A stretch of 63,650 nucleotides of DNA, counting the filler. It is 4 parts of 4 records of this genome, joined end to end, with 100 filler letters (N's around TTAATTAATTAA, not from the genome) between each part and the next. Parts side by side here need not be neighbours in the genome. Positions count along the whole stretch, not along the records: positions 24,059 to 48,610 come from SRR20825006_1190; positions 48,711 to 63,650 come from SRR20825006_1191; 2 more parts are not named here. One strand, 5' to 3'. The position numbers and the translations under genes are program-made. The notes beneath the pieces are model-generated. The model was not told the DNA's origin, searched no databases, and saw only the letters and a program-made list of their open reading frames with translations. Below are positions 40,500 through 49,520 of the stretch, piece after piece. Each line of letters starts with the position of its first letter. Positions within the stretch are counted from its first letter, which is position 1.

Positions 40500-42587
40500 A
40501 TGCGCCCGGAAATCCTGTTCCCGCTTTTTGCTGAAATTGACACCCTTCCTGGTATCGGGCCGCGGTTAAAGCCGCTTGTTGCGCGGTTGATTGCTGGCGA
40601 ACATGTCGTTGATTTGCTGTGGCATTTGCCATCGGGGATCATTGATCGTCGGTTTTCCCCGCCGTTGGAGGAAACCATCGATGGGTCTGTCGTGACCATG
40701 GATGTCTGGGTCGAGCGTCACGATCCCTCACCCAACCGCCGCCGACCGTATCGTGTGATTTGCAAAACCCAAAACGGATCGCTTGTTCTGGCATTCTTTA
40801 ATGCGCGGACAAAGTACCTTAATGAAGTTTTGCCTGTTGGCGAAAAGCGCATCATTTCGGGCAAGATCGATCATTATCGTGGTGAATATCAGATTACCCA
40901 TCCCGACCGCATCGGGACAGAAGCCGAACGCGATGAAATCCAGACGGTCGAGCCTGTGTATCCGATGTCAGCTGGCGTCACCGGTAAAACCTTGACCAAG
41001 GCAACCCGTGCCGCATTGGAAACAATGCCTGAATTGCCGGAATGGCATGATCCGGCATTGGTTGCCCGGCATAAATGGCCAGATCTGCTAAGCGCGTTAC
41101 ATACTGTCCATAACCCGCAAGATGATGCAGACCTGTCACCAGATCATCCGGCACGCAAACGGCTTGCCTATGACGAATTACTGGCAAATCAGCTCGCACT
41201 GGCCTTGATCCGGGCCAAGATGCGCAAACTTGGCGGGCGGGTTACCAAGGGCGATGGGAAGCTGCGTGAAGGATTGGCGGGCCACCTGCCCTTTGCTATG
41301 ACCGGTGCGCAACAACGTTCGTTAACCGAGATTTTTGACGATATGGCCAGCGAAGGCCGCATGTTGCGCCTGCTGCAAGGTGACGTTGGATCAGGCAAAA
41401 CCGTTGTGGCCTTAATGGCGATGCTGAATGCCGTGGAATGCAGTCGTCAGGCTGCTTTAATGGCGCCAACGGAAATTCTGGCGCGTCAGCATTTTGAAAC
41501 GATCTCGCCGTTACTCGAAAAAATCGGCATTACCTGTGCAATCTTGACCGGTCGGGATAAAGGAAAATCGCGTAAAACCACTCTTGAAGGGTTCGCAAAT
41601 GGTGACGTCCAGATTGCCGTTGGAACGCATGCACTGTTTCAGGATGACGTTGTGTTTAAGGACCTCGCCTTTGCCGTGGTTGATGAACAGCATCGCTTTG
41701 GCGTGCATCAACGCCTGATGCTGGCCGGGAAAGGTCAGGCTGTTGATGTGTTGGTTATGACAGCAACGCCGATCCCGCGCACCCTGACCCTGACAGCTTT
41801 TGGCGACATGGAAGTCTCACGGCTTGATGAAAAACCGCCCGGGCGCAAACCGGTGGATACGCGGGTTTTACCGATTGATAAAGTTGACGATGTTATTTCC
41901 GGGATAGGTCGCGCCATGCGGACCGGAACCAAGATTTATTGGGTCTGTCCACTGGTGGAAGATTCCGAAATTCTTGACCTTCAGGCTGCAGAAGAACGTT
42001 ATCGTGTTCTGGTCGATTTGTTTGGCGAAAGCCGTGTTGGACTTATCCATGGTAAAATGAAGGGCAAGGAAAAGGATGAAGTCATGGAGCGCTTTGCCCA
42101 TGGTGATACATCGATCCTTGTTGCGACCACCGTGATTGAGGTTGGGGTTAATGTCCCCGAAGCCACGATTATGGTGATCGAGCATTCTGAACGATTTGGC
42201 TTGGCGCAGCTTCATCAGTTGCGCGGGCGCATTGGGCGCGGGGATGCTGCATCAACCTGTTTACTGATTTATGGCAGCCCGTTGGGTCAGGTATCCAAAG
42301 CACGTCTTAAAATCATGCGCGAGACCGAGGATGGCTTTATCATTGCGGAAGAAGATTTGAAGCTGCGCGGGGCTGGTGAAGTTCTGGGAACGCGCCAAAG
42401 CGGGCTTCAGGAATACCGCTTGGCCAATCTTGAGATGCATGGCGATTTACTGGCGATTGCACGTGATGATGCGCGCCTGATTGTGAATCGCGACCCGGAG
42501 CTTCAAAAAACCCGCGGCGAGGCATTGCGTCTGTTGCTGTATTTGTTTGAACGCGATGAGGCCGTTCGATATTTCCGTTCCGGATAA
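40500..42587 (+). CDS. recG: ATP-dependent DNA helicase RecG
   Basis: QGDVGSGKT, DEQHRFGV, TATPIPRT, QLHQLRGRIGRG, DGFIIAEEDL. Confidence 0.97.
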   Translation: MRPEILFPLFAEIDTLPGIGPRLKPLVARLIAGEHVVDLLWHLPSGIIDRRFSPPLEETIDGSVVTMDVWVERHDPSPNRRRPYRVICKTQNGSLVLAFFNARTKYLNEVLPVGEKRIISGKIDHYRGEYQITHPDRIGTEAERDEIQTVEPVYPMSAGVTGKTLTKATRAALETMPELPEWHDPALVARHKWPDLLSALHTVHNPQDDADLSPDHPARKRLAYDELLANQLALALIRAKMRKLGGRVTKGDGKLREGLAGHLPFAMTGAQQRSLTEIFDDMASEGRMLRLLQGDVGSGKTVVALMAMLNAVECSRQAALMAPTEILARQHFETISPLLEKIGITCAILTGRDKGKSRKTTLEGFANGDVQIAVGTHALFQDDVVFKDLAFAVVDEQHRFGVHQRLMLAGKGQAVDVLVMTATPIPRTLTLTAFGDMEVSRLDEKPPGRKPVDTRVLPIDKVDDVISGIGRAMRTGTKIYWVCPLVEDSEILDLQAAEERYRVLVDLFGESRVGLIHGKMKGKEKDEVMERFAHGDTSILVATTVIEVGVNVPEATIMVIEHSERFGLAQLHQLRGRIGRGDAASTCLLIYGSPLGQVSKARLKIMRETEDGFIIAEEDLKLRGAGEVLGTRQSGLQEYRLANLEMHGDLLAIARDDARLIVNRDPELQKTRGEALRLLLYLFERDEAVRYFRSG

Positions 42588-42593
42588 AGATAA

Positions 42594-42626
42594 AAGAAGG
42601 GCGCCTTGATCCAAAGCGCCCTTCTT
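42594..42626. terminator. Hairpin between convergent recG and DUF502 genes
   Basis: AAGAAGGGCGC / GCGCCCTTCTT. Confidence 0.65.
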
Positions 42627-42667
42627 CGTGATTAAGGTATGCCGGCAAACCGTGTGCAGGCGGTTAT

Positions 42668-43534
42668 TTAGGCATCTTCGCGGGTTTTACCGTTTTCATC
42701 CTGTGGCTTTTCGCCGGGTTCCATACGCGCGGGAATATCGCGCGACACCAGAATGGGCACGTTTTCCTTTTCACGCAAAACGTCGACATCTTCATATGTC
42801 TTTGCCGCCACCCTTGGCTTTTGCTGCTCATCAAGGGGGCGACGGTCTGGCGGGGTCACTATACCGCCCGACATGACCATCTTGATCGCTTCTTCAACGG
42901 TCATATCAAGGATGACAAGATCGCGCTTTGGCACAAACAACAAGAAACCTGATGTCGGGTTAGGTGTTGTTGGCAAGAAGATATTGATGACCGTATCTTC
43001 TGTCAGATGCTGTACTTCACCCTTGGTTTCGCCGGTGATAAAACCAACCGCCCACATGCCGCGACGCGGATATTCCAATAAAACGGCCTGACGAAACGCA
43101 TTTGACTGATTGGCCAGTACCGTCTCAAGAATTTGCTTGATCGCGCTATAGATGCTGCGAACGGCCGGAATGCGCCCCAGAATACGTTCATATAGCTTGA
43201 TCAGTGCCCGACCAGCAAAGTTCGTTGTGAACCAGCCAACAATGGTAATGAAAACAAGGATCACCAACAGGCCAAAGCCGGGAATACCGTAATCCTCATA
43301 CCCAACAGGCAAATAGTTTTCCGGATTGTAGTGCGCGGGGATCAGCGGAATAACTTTGCTATCGACAAACTCGATAAACCACCAAGCCAAACCAAACGTA
43401 ATCGCAAGTGGTGCACTAACAAGAACACCAGTTAGGAAATAGGCTCTCATTCGGGCAAAGAAGCCCGGACTTGGTATCGCATGACCGGAACCCTGATTGT
43501 CCGTATCATTCTTGTCGTCGCGCTTGGCGTTCAT
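42668..43534 (-). CDS. DUF502 (COV1-like) membrane protein
   Basis: YFLTG, IPAVRSIY, EYPRRG, FLPTTPNPTSGF. Confidence 0.9.
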   Translation of the reverse strand: MNAKRDDKNDTDNQGSGHAIPSPGFFARMRAYFLTGVLVSAPLAITFGLAWWFIEFVDSKVIPLIPAHYNPENYLPVGYEDYGIPGFGLLVILVFITIVGWFTTNFAGRALIKLYERILGRIPAVRSIYSAIKQILETVLANQSNAFRQAVLLEYPRRGMWAVGFITGETKGEVQHLTEDTVINIFLPTTPNPTSGFLLFVPKRDLVILDMTVEEAIKMVMSGGIVTPPDRRPLDEQQKPRVAAKTYEDVDVLREKENVPILVSRDIPARMEPGEKPQDENGKTREDA

Positions 43535-43735
43535 TGATCACCTGTGCTGAAGTGCCGTATCCAAAGGCCAACTCGCAAGAATAGCTTTTGGCATTTAGTA
43601 TTTGTAAGTAAGAATATGGCTATGCTGCGACATCGGGCCGGGGAATTCCCGTTCCTTGAAGTGATAGCAGCATTCAAGTTTGCGGCGCAACCAACAAACC
43701 GCAAATGCCGGTTTCTGAACTGTTGTGGAGATGTT

Positions 43736-44005
43736 TTGCAGGTCTGGATTGTCGAATATATTTATGACGATGATGGCTCAGTCGGGGTCAAAACATCCAA
43801 GGTGCGCGCACCTGATTACGAAACCGCACGCCAATATGCCCTTGGCAGCGCCCCTGCCAAAGATTTTGTGATGTCTCTTCATCCAGAATCCGAAGATCAG
43901 TTTCTTGGAACTCCTGGTATCCGTGCCCGTGAAATGACAGGGAAAGTCGTGCACGATTTGCCTGATCCGGATGATGATTTGAAAGATGACGATGACGATT
44001 TCTGA
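43736..44005 (+). CDS. Small acidic hypothetical protein
   Basis: GGAG RBS before TTG 43736; Asp-rich tail overlapping the NUDIX start. Confidence 0.6.
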   Translation: MQVWIVEYIYDDDGSVGVKTSKVRAPDYETARQYALGSAPAKDFVMSLHPESEDQFLGTPGIRAREMTGKVVHDLPDPDDDLKDDDDDF

Positions 44006-44444
44006 AATTGATGAGCGCAGCTTCTTACCACGCCCGATTATTGGTGTCGGTGCAGTGGTTTGGCACCAAGATCGCATTTTGCTGATCAAGCGGGGCAAGG
44101 AGCCCAATATTGGCAGTTGGAGCATTCCAGGCGGTGCGCAGGAAATCGGGGAAACGGTTCGTGATGCCGTGTGCCGTGAAGTTATGGAAGAAACCGGCGT
44201 TAAAATTTCCAGCCCGATTTTGGTCGATATCGTTGATTTAATTTCGCCCGCCAAAGATGGCAAAATCGAATATCACTACACATTGATTGATTTTGTTGCG
44301 GTCGCCCTTAACCCTGATGTCCGCCTTGGTGGCGATGCCGCCGATGCAAAGTGGGTAAAGATCAGTGATGTTACGAACTACAAGCTTTGGAACAAAACAA
44401 TTGAGGTGATTGCGAAATCACGATCAATCCTAGCAGGCAATTAA
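43986..44444 (+). CDS. NUDIX hydrolase
   Basis: Nudix box GGAQEIGETVRDAVCREVMEETG. Confidence 0.9.
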   Translation: MTMTISEIDERSFLPRPIIGVGAVVWHQDRILLIKRGKEPNIGSWSIPGGAQEIGETVRDAVCREVMEETGVKISSPILVDIVDLISPAKDGKIEYHYTLIDFVAVALNPDVRLGGDAADAKWVKISDVTNYKLWNKTIEVIAKSRSILAGN

Positions 44445-44508
44445 GATTCGTCATCGAGGCAACTGCGTTGCCCATCTGAAATACCTGTTCCATCCATCGA
44501 ACAACCAC

Positions 44509-44539
44509 AAAAAAAGGCGGCACCCATAAGATGCCGCCT
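44509..44539 (-). terminator. Terminator after rpoH
   Basis: AGGCGGCA / TGCCGCCT stem with an A7 run on the left (U-tract on the minus strand). Confidence 0.7.
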
Positions 44540-44564
44540 GATTTTTTGATCATTCACGCAGAAC

Positions 44565-45434
44565 TTAAGCAACAGCATGTTGCGTCAGAACGCTTTCCTG
44601 AATTTTCTTGAACGCCCGGGCTTCAAGCTGCCGAACACGTTCGCGGCTTACACCAAATCGTTCGCCAAGTTTCTCAAGCGTGATCGGATCATCGCTCAGG
44701 AAACGGGCTTTGATGATTTCCTGTTCACGTTCTGGCAATTCGCCAAGAGCATTTTTCAACATGCCATTATGCAAAACGCGTTCTTCGGCATCCGCAACGA
44801 TGGCTTCCGGGCTTGGTGCGTCAGAAGACAGGGTATCGAGATATTCCATACCTTCGTCTTTTGGCATTGGTGTATTCAGCGAGAAATCACGCGCCGCAAG
44901 ACGACGGTTCATTTCAAGTGCTTCACGATTGGTTACACCAAGCTTTTCGGCAACCTGACCGGCTTCTTCTGGTGACAATTCACCATTGTCATAGATGTTA
45001 AGCTGGCGTTTGGCTTTACGCAGGCTAAAGAACAGCTTTTTCTGGGCTGCCATCGTGCCGAGTTTGACCATAGACCAGCTTTGCAGGATATATTCGGTCA
45101 CCGCAGCACGGATCCACCACATTGCATAGGTCGACAAACGGAAACCGCGTTCGGGATCAAATTTCTGCACTGCGCGCATCAGGCCGGTATTGCCCTCGGC
45201 AACAAGGTCAGCCATCGGCAAACCATAGCCGCGATAGCCAAATGCAATTTTGGCAACCAGACGCAAGTGGCTGGTGACAAGCTTATGCGCAGCCTCAGTA
45301 TCATCATGATCAAGATACCGGTGCGAAAGCATGTATTCTTCATCCACGGTAAGCATTGGAAATTTCCAAACTTCGCGGAGATACCCCGAGAAACCTTCTT
45401 CTTGGGAAACAGCAGGTAATTTAATGGCGCTCAT
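44565..45434 (-). CDS. rpoH: RNA polymerase sigma-32 family factor (probably a paralogous copy)
   Basis: SHLRLVAKIA.GYRGYGLP, FDPERGFRLSTYAMWWIRA, RpoH box QKKLFFSLR, GVSRERVRQLE. Confidence 0.92.
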   Translation of the reverse strand: MSAIKLPAVSQEEGFSGYLREVWKFPMLTVDEEYMLSHRYLDHDDTEAAHKLVTSHLRLVAKIAFGYRGYGLPMADLVAEGNTGLMRAVQKFDPERGFRLSTYAMWWIRAAVTEYILQSWSMVKLGTMAAQKKLFFSLRKAKRQLNIYDNGELSPEEAGQVAEKLGVTNREALEMNRRLAARDFSLNTPMPKDEGMEYLDTLSSDAPSPEAIVADAEERVLHNGMLKNALGELPEREQEIIKARFLSDDPITLEKLGERFGVSRERVRQLEARAFKKIQESVLTQHAVA

Positions 45435-45523
45435 TTTTATGTCCTCCTGAGAGGTTTACGCGTTGACACCTGTATTGGATACGGAGTCCGTCAGAAGTTA
45501 GATGACGCGCAAACACTGTCGGT

Positions 45524-45539
45524 TGTGAATTTATTCACA
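45524..45539. promoter_or_regulatory. Perfect CRP-type box upstream of rpoH
   Basis: TGTGA-ATTTAT-TCACA. Confidence 0.45.
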
Positions 45540-46066
45540 CGGACGACCGGAAAGATAACTGGAGATCTTGTTTGATCCGGTCGCTATTTCATTCCATAGA
45601 GTCCTATGGAAGAGGACAGCAGACGCTAATAAGAAGTTCATTCATGGTGTCTCATCCTTACATGAAGCAAATCGACAATTTACATGTCCGCCAATTGGCC
45701 GGACTTTGATCCGGCGGTGCCTTATGGGCCCCCACCCGTATTTCTTAATATATCTAAACCCGACCAAATCCGTCAAGAACTTCTGACCAGTATTTCAGCT
45801 ATATTATTCGTCAAACATCAGCACCTTGGAAACCATAGCCGACAAACGCAGTCAGGTACTCAAAACGCCAACAATTCACGGTAAAATCGATATAAGGCTA
45901 AACAAAGGCAACCTAACCTATTTACGCGAGAGCAGTGACTTATGGTCATATATCCGGTGCGCAGGTAACCAAAAGGTAAACCATTGCATGCCCACAGGTC
46001 TGGTATCTCAACAAGACGTTCTTTAATATCCTCTGCACCGTGAGCCATCCTTAATCAGGACCCAAA

Positions 46067-46600
46067 ATGCCCGTTTTACAAGCAACAGCCCCCTGCCCAT
46101 GCGCCAGCAATCAGACTTACGGCGAATGCTGCGGAAAATACCACACTGGCAAAGCCAAGGCAGAAACCGCCGAAAAACTGATGCGGTCTCGTTACAGTGC
46201 ATTTGTTGTTCGTGATGGTGCATATCTGTTGGCAACGCTTGCCAAGGAAAAGCATGACAGCTTTGACGCTGAAAGCATCAAGCACGATCAAACGCGCTGG
46301 GGCGGGCTTGAGATTGTTGAATGCGTTGCGGGCGGATTGCTTGATCAAAGCGGGAAAGTTGAATTCATTGCCCGCTTTATCGAAGACGGCCAGCAAGGTC
46401 AGCTTCATGAGTGCTCAAACTTCGAGCGGCGCGGTGGACAATGGTACTATGTTGATGGTGTTTTTCCGTATGGAACAGCCAAAACAGCGGGAAAAACCGG
46501 CAAAAGAAACGAGCCAAGCAGCGATAAATTCGCCAAAACTGGGCGAAACGATCCCTGCCCTTGTGGTTCGGGTAAAAAATTCAAAAAATGTTGTGGTTGA
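46067..46600 (+). CDS. ychJ: YchJ family protein with SEC-C motifs
   Basis: CPCASN..YGECC, TAEKLMRSRYSAF, VEFIARF, WYYVDG, GRNDPCPCGSGKKFKKCCG. Confidence 0.92.
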   Translation: MPVLQATAPCPCASNQTYGECCGKYHTGKAKAETAEKLMRSRYSAFVVRDGAYLLATLAKEKHDSFDAESIKHDQTRWGGLEIVECVAGGLLDQSGKVEFIARFIEDGQQGQLHECSNFERRGGQWYYVDGVFPYGTAKTAGKTGKRNEPSSDKFAKTGRNDPCPCGSGKKFKKCCG

Positions 46601-46601
46601 T

Positions 46602-47039
46602 CTAGCGAACAAGCTCCAGCGCCCAACGATGAAATGGCCGGATCAGCGTTTCGAGGGCTTCATCGTATGGCAGCCAGATCAATTCATGATCATGTTCAAG
46701 CGGCGGGCCCAATCGTTTGGTCAATTCGCACTCAAAAAACGTTCCACGTTTCAGTCGATAGCGACCTTTTACAGTGTTGTTTAAATATTGGGTGGCAAAA
46801 CCAAGCCGTGAAACTATGCGGATCTGATAACCGGATTCTTCGTATGCTTCGCGATGCAACGCATCCTGTTCACTTTCACCCGCTTCAACACCGCCACCAA
46901 GAAGAACATTGCCCTTTGGCGTACGCGCAACGGCGACTTCGCCGCTATCGTTTTTGATAACGGCATAGGCACAGTCCTGTACGTGATAGCTTTGCCCCAT
47001 GCGCGGGGTTCCAAATATCGGACCAACCAAATTGGCCAC
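46602..47039 (-). CDS. NUDIX hydrolase
   Basis: GGGVEAGESEQDALHREAYEESG. Confidence 0.88.
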   Translation of the reverse strand: MANLVGPIFGTPRMGQSYHVQDCAYAVIKNDSGEVAVARTPKGNVLLGGGVEAGESEQDALHREAYEESGYQIRIVSRLGFATQYLNNTVKGRYRLKRGTFFECELTKRLGPPLEHDHELIWLPYDEALETLIRPFHRWALELVR

Positions 47040-47095
47040 CCCTGCCTTCCACTTTCGAATTTTGCATCCAGTTTATATAGTGTTTTCTTTATTCT

Positions 47096-47968
47096 TTATA
47101 ATGCGATAGCGCGATCAAGCATAGCTTGACAGCGTGTCGCATCGAAGCGCAGTTGGCTCTGCCGTGCGCTGTCAAAATATTGACTGAGTACGTCATCGCT
47201 AACCGGCTCGGGCACTGCCCCATATTCAGTAACGAGTTTCTGGTGATAGGTTTCAGGTAAGGCCAAAGCTTTGCGCTTGTTCTTGAACAAGAACTTTTCA
47301 GCCAACGTAAAGTTAAACTGCATATTGCGATACAGGATTGTCTGATAATTCGCATGCAACCCGATTTTGCCATCCGGTGTGATTAGAAATAGTGGAAACA
47401 TCACGGCAATATCCGGCATAATTCGGTTTGGATAGACCTGCCCTTTCCAATATTTTTCGGCGAGATCGGCATAACCGTCATAATCAGCAATTGGAAACAT
47501 GCGTGCCTTGGCTAAAGGCAGTATTTCCACTTTCGGCTTGGCAATATTGACCGTGTCATTTGCAACATCGACATACAGACTGCCAAATTGAAAGGCGTTC
47601 TGGAAATACTGGTTGCGCAAATTCCCCCAGATCCGTTTTGCTAAACCGCCATTAACGGCAAAGTCGCGCAATGCTGTCATTCCGGGTGTTTTTGGCGCAG
47701 AAAGTTCCTTCTCCATGATTGTTTTCACGCCAAGCGTGATTTCCTGACAGAAACCTTCTGGATACGTTTTCCCGTATCTGACCGTTGTCACATCATATGA
47801 CTGATCAAACGCAGCACGTAAGCGCATCATATCAACCTGCAGCTCTTTGATGCGCGGCAGCAGGTATTTTTTAGTCAACTTGACCTGTTTGAAATTCACA
47901 GGTGCAATTTGCTCGTCCTCGGCGCGGGCCGTGATGATTTCAAGTGTCAGGGACTGAGATGACGTCAT
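47096..47968 (-). CDS. Hypothetical protein (290 aa)
   Basis: Long ORF with normal composition filling the gap between NUDIX and ssb; no family recognised with confidence. Confidence 0.75.
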   Translation of the reverse strand: MTSSQSLTLEIITARAEDEQIAPVNFKQVKLTKKYLLPRIKELQVDMMRLRAAFDQSYDVTTVRYGKTYPEGFCQEITLGVKTIMEKELSAPKTPGMTALRDFAVNGGLAKRIWGNLRNQYFQNAFQFGSLYVDVANDTVNIAKPKVEILPLAKARMFPIADYDGYADLAEKYWKGQVYPNRIMPDIAVMFPLFLITPDGKIGLHANYQTILYRNMQFNFTLAEKFLFKNKRKALALPETYHQKLVTEYGAVPEPVSDDVLSQYFDSARQSQLRFDATRCQAMLDRAIAL

Positions 47969-48034
47969 GACGTTTACTGCGTGTTAGAGGCCAAGTTACT
48001 GTCATAGAAACATATATATAGAGTATCGGAACGA

Positions 48035-48069
48035 AAACACCCCAAAACAGATCATGTTTCGGGGTGTTT
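48035..48069 (-). terminator. Terminator after ssb
   Basis: AAACACCCCAAAACA / TGTTTCGGGGTGTTT. Confidence 0.7.
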
Positions 48070-48093
48070 CTAAAATCGGTTCTACAATTGAGC

Positions 48094-48609
48094 TTAGAAC
48101 GGGATTTCGTCATCAAGGTCAGGGGCACCAGACGGAGCCGATCCGCCACCCGATGAAGAACCACCATTGCCCCAGCCGGCATCAGATCCGCCGCCATAAC
48201 CACCAGAGTTATCCGGACCGCTGCTGCCGCCGCCATATCCGCCACCGGACGATGCACCGCTGCCCTCGCCGCCACGGTTATCGAGCATGGTCAGGTTCGA
48301 ATTGAACCCTTCAAGAACGATCTCGGTGGTGTAGTTATCTTTTCCGTCCTGGCCCTGCCATTTGCGGGTCCGAAGGACACCTTCGATATAAAGCTTGCTG
48401 CCTTTTTTAACGAAGCGCTCGACAACATCTGCGAGGCCTTCGTTAAAGACGACGATGCGATGCCATTCTGTGCGCTCTCGGCGTTCACCAGACTGACGGT
48501 CGCGCCATTGTTCGGAGGTCGCAATGCTGAAGTTGGCGATCTTTTTGCCAGCCTGAGTAAACCGGATTTCAGGATCGCGCCCGAGGTTCCCGACGAGAAT
48601 GACTTTATT
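48094..48609 (-). CDS. ssb: Single-stranded DNA-binding protein, first codons cut by the linker
   Basis: Manual translation NKVILVGNLGRDPEIR...TEWHRIVVF...TRKW, Gly-rich linker, DDEIPF tail; one continuous frame. Confidence 0.96.
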   Translation of the reverse strand, partial: NKVILVGNLGRDPEIRFTQAGKKIANFSIATSEQWRDRQSGERRERTEWHRIVVFNEGLADVVERFVKKGSKLYIEGVLRTRKWQGQDGKDNYTTEIVLEGFNSNLTMLDNRGGEGSGASSGGGYGGGSSGPDNSGGYGGGSDAGWGNGGSSSGGGSAPSGAPDLDDEIPF

Positions 48610-48610
48610 G

Positions 48611-48710
48611 NNNNNNNNNNNNNNNNNNNNNNNNNNNNNNNNNNNNNNNNNNNNTTAATTAATTAANNNNNNNNNNNNNNNNNNNNNNNNNNNNNNNNNN
48701 NNNNNNNNNN
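48611..48710. other. Artificial contig linker
   Basis: N-run with TTAATTAATTAA. Confidence 0.98.
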
Positions 48711-48731
48711 AAAGCTAAGTCCTATCTCGCT

Positions 48732-48809
48732 TCCCTCCCCACAAGGGGGAGGGTGGCGAAGGACCGGTACGCTGGTGTTCATCGTCTCCCTCCCCCTTGT
48801 GGGGAGGGA
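48732..48809. repeat. REP/RIME-like double palindrome
   Basis: CCCTCCCCACAAGGGGGAGGG (48733-48753) and its exact reverse complement CCCTCCCCCTTGTGGGGAGGG (48788-48808); each is itself a hairpin. Confidence 0.8.
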
Positions 48810-48843
48810 CCAAGGGTGGGGTGCCCCCCGCTCCCACCACCAC

Positions 48844-49311
48844 TCAATCCAGCGGCAACCCCTTGGTGATGGCGTTGATGCGTCTTTCGAGATCCTTGCG
48901 GAGCTGGCGCGCCGCCGGATCGTCCCGTGGACGCGGTGGTTTGGTGGAGTGCGGGCGCAGGCGCTTGATCGGCGCGGTGCCGTTTCGCATCTGCCAGACA
49001 TGGGCGTTCTGATCCTTGTGCCAGGCGCTGTGCTGGGCCTCGAAATGTTCAAGCTTTGCGCGCGCCTCGGACAATTGCGCCATGAGCCCGGCCAACTCGG
49101 CGGCGGGGACGCACTTTGCCCGTTTCTCTCCGACGAGCCAGGCCACCGCGCCCAGCAGCTCGGTGGCGAGCCCCGTCACAACGCACGAAACCGGCGCCTC
49201 GGGATGCTTGGCCACCTGGGGCTTGAGCTGATCGAGCAGCGCACACAGCCGCACAAACAAGGCCTCATGCGCCTGGGCCTGTCGGGTATTGAGAAATGGC
49301 GATTTGCGCAT
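48844..49311 (-). CDS. Hypothetical basic protein
   Basis: GGAG RBS before ATG 49311; high-GC codon usage; no known family recognised. Confidence 0.65.
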   Translation of the reverse strand: MRKSPFLNTRQAQAHEALFVRLCALLDQLKPQVAKHPEAPVSCVVTGLATELLGAVAWLVGEKRAKCVPAAELAGLMAQLSEARAKLEHFEAQHSAWHKDQNAHVWQMRNGTAPIKRLRPHSTKPPRPRDDPAARQLRKDLERRINAITKGLPLD

Positions 49312-49520
49312 GGCACGGCTCCGGTCGGAAAACGGGTTCTTACCGGAGAGGATCGCATGGGTTTTGGGGTTGGGGATTAGATTTGGCGCGCGAGAGACAG
49401 GTATCGGCCCCGTTGCCACCATTTTTCGGACCCTCGGCTTTTGGTGCATACAAGAGCAAACCTGACACATCGCAAAGCCAAATGCCGTGTCGTCGCCCAA
49501 CTGTTCCTCTCCTGGGCACT

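Noticed and set aside
48094-48524. Apparent split or frameshifted ssb in the ORF track
   Set aside because: Manual translation gives one continuous frame; the track began at an internal ATG because the real start is cut by the linker.
49326-49345. Possible LexA box upstream of the hypothetical gene at 48844-49311
   Set aside because: Only one GTTC half-site; it does not fit the alphaproteobacterial GTTC-N7-GTTC pattern.
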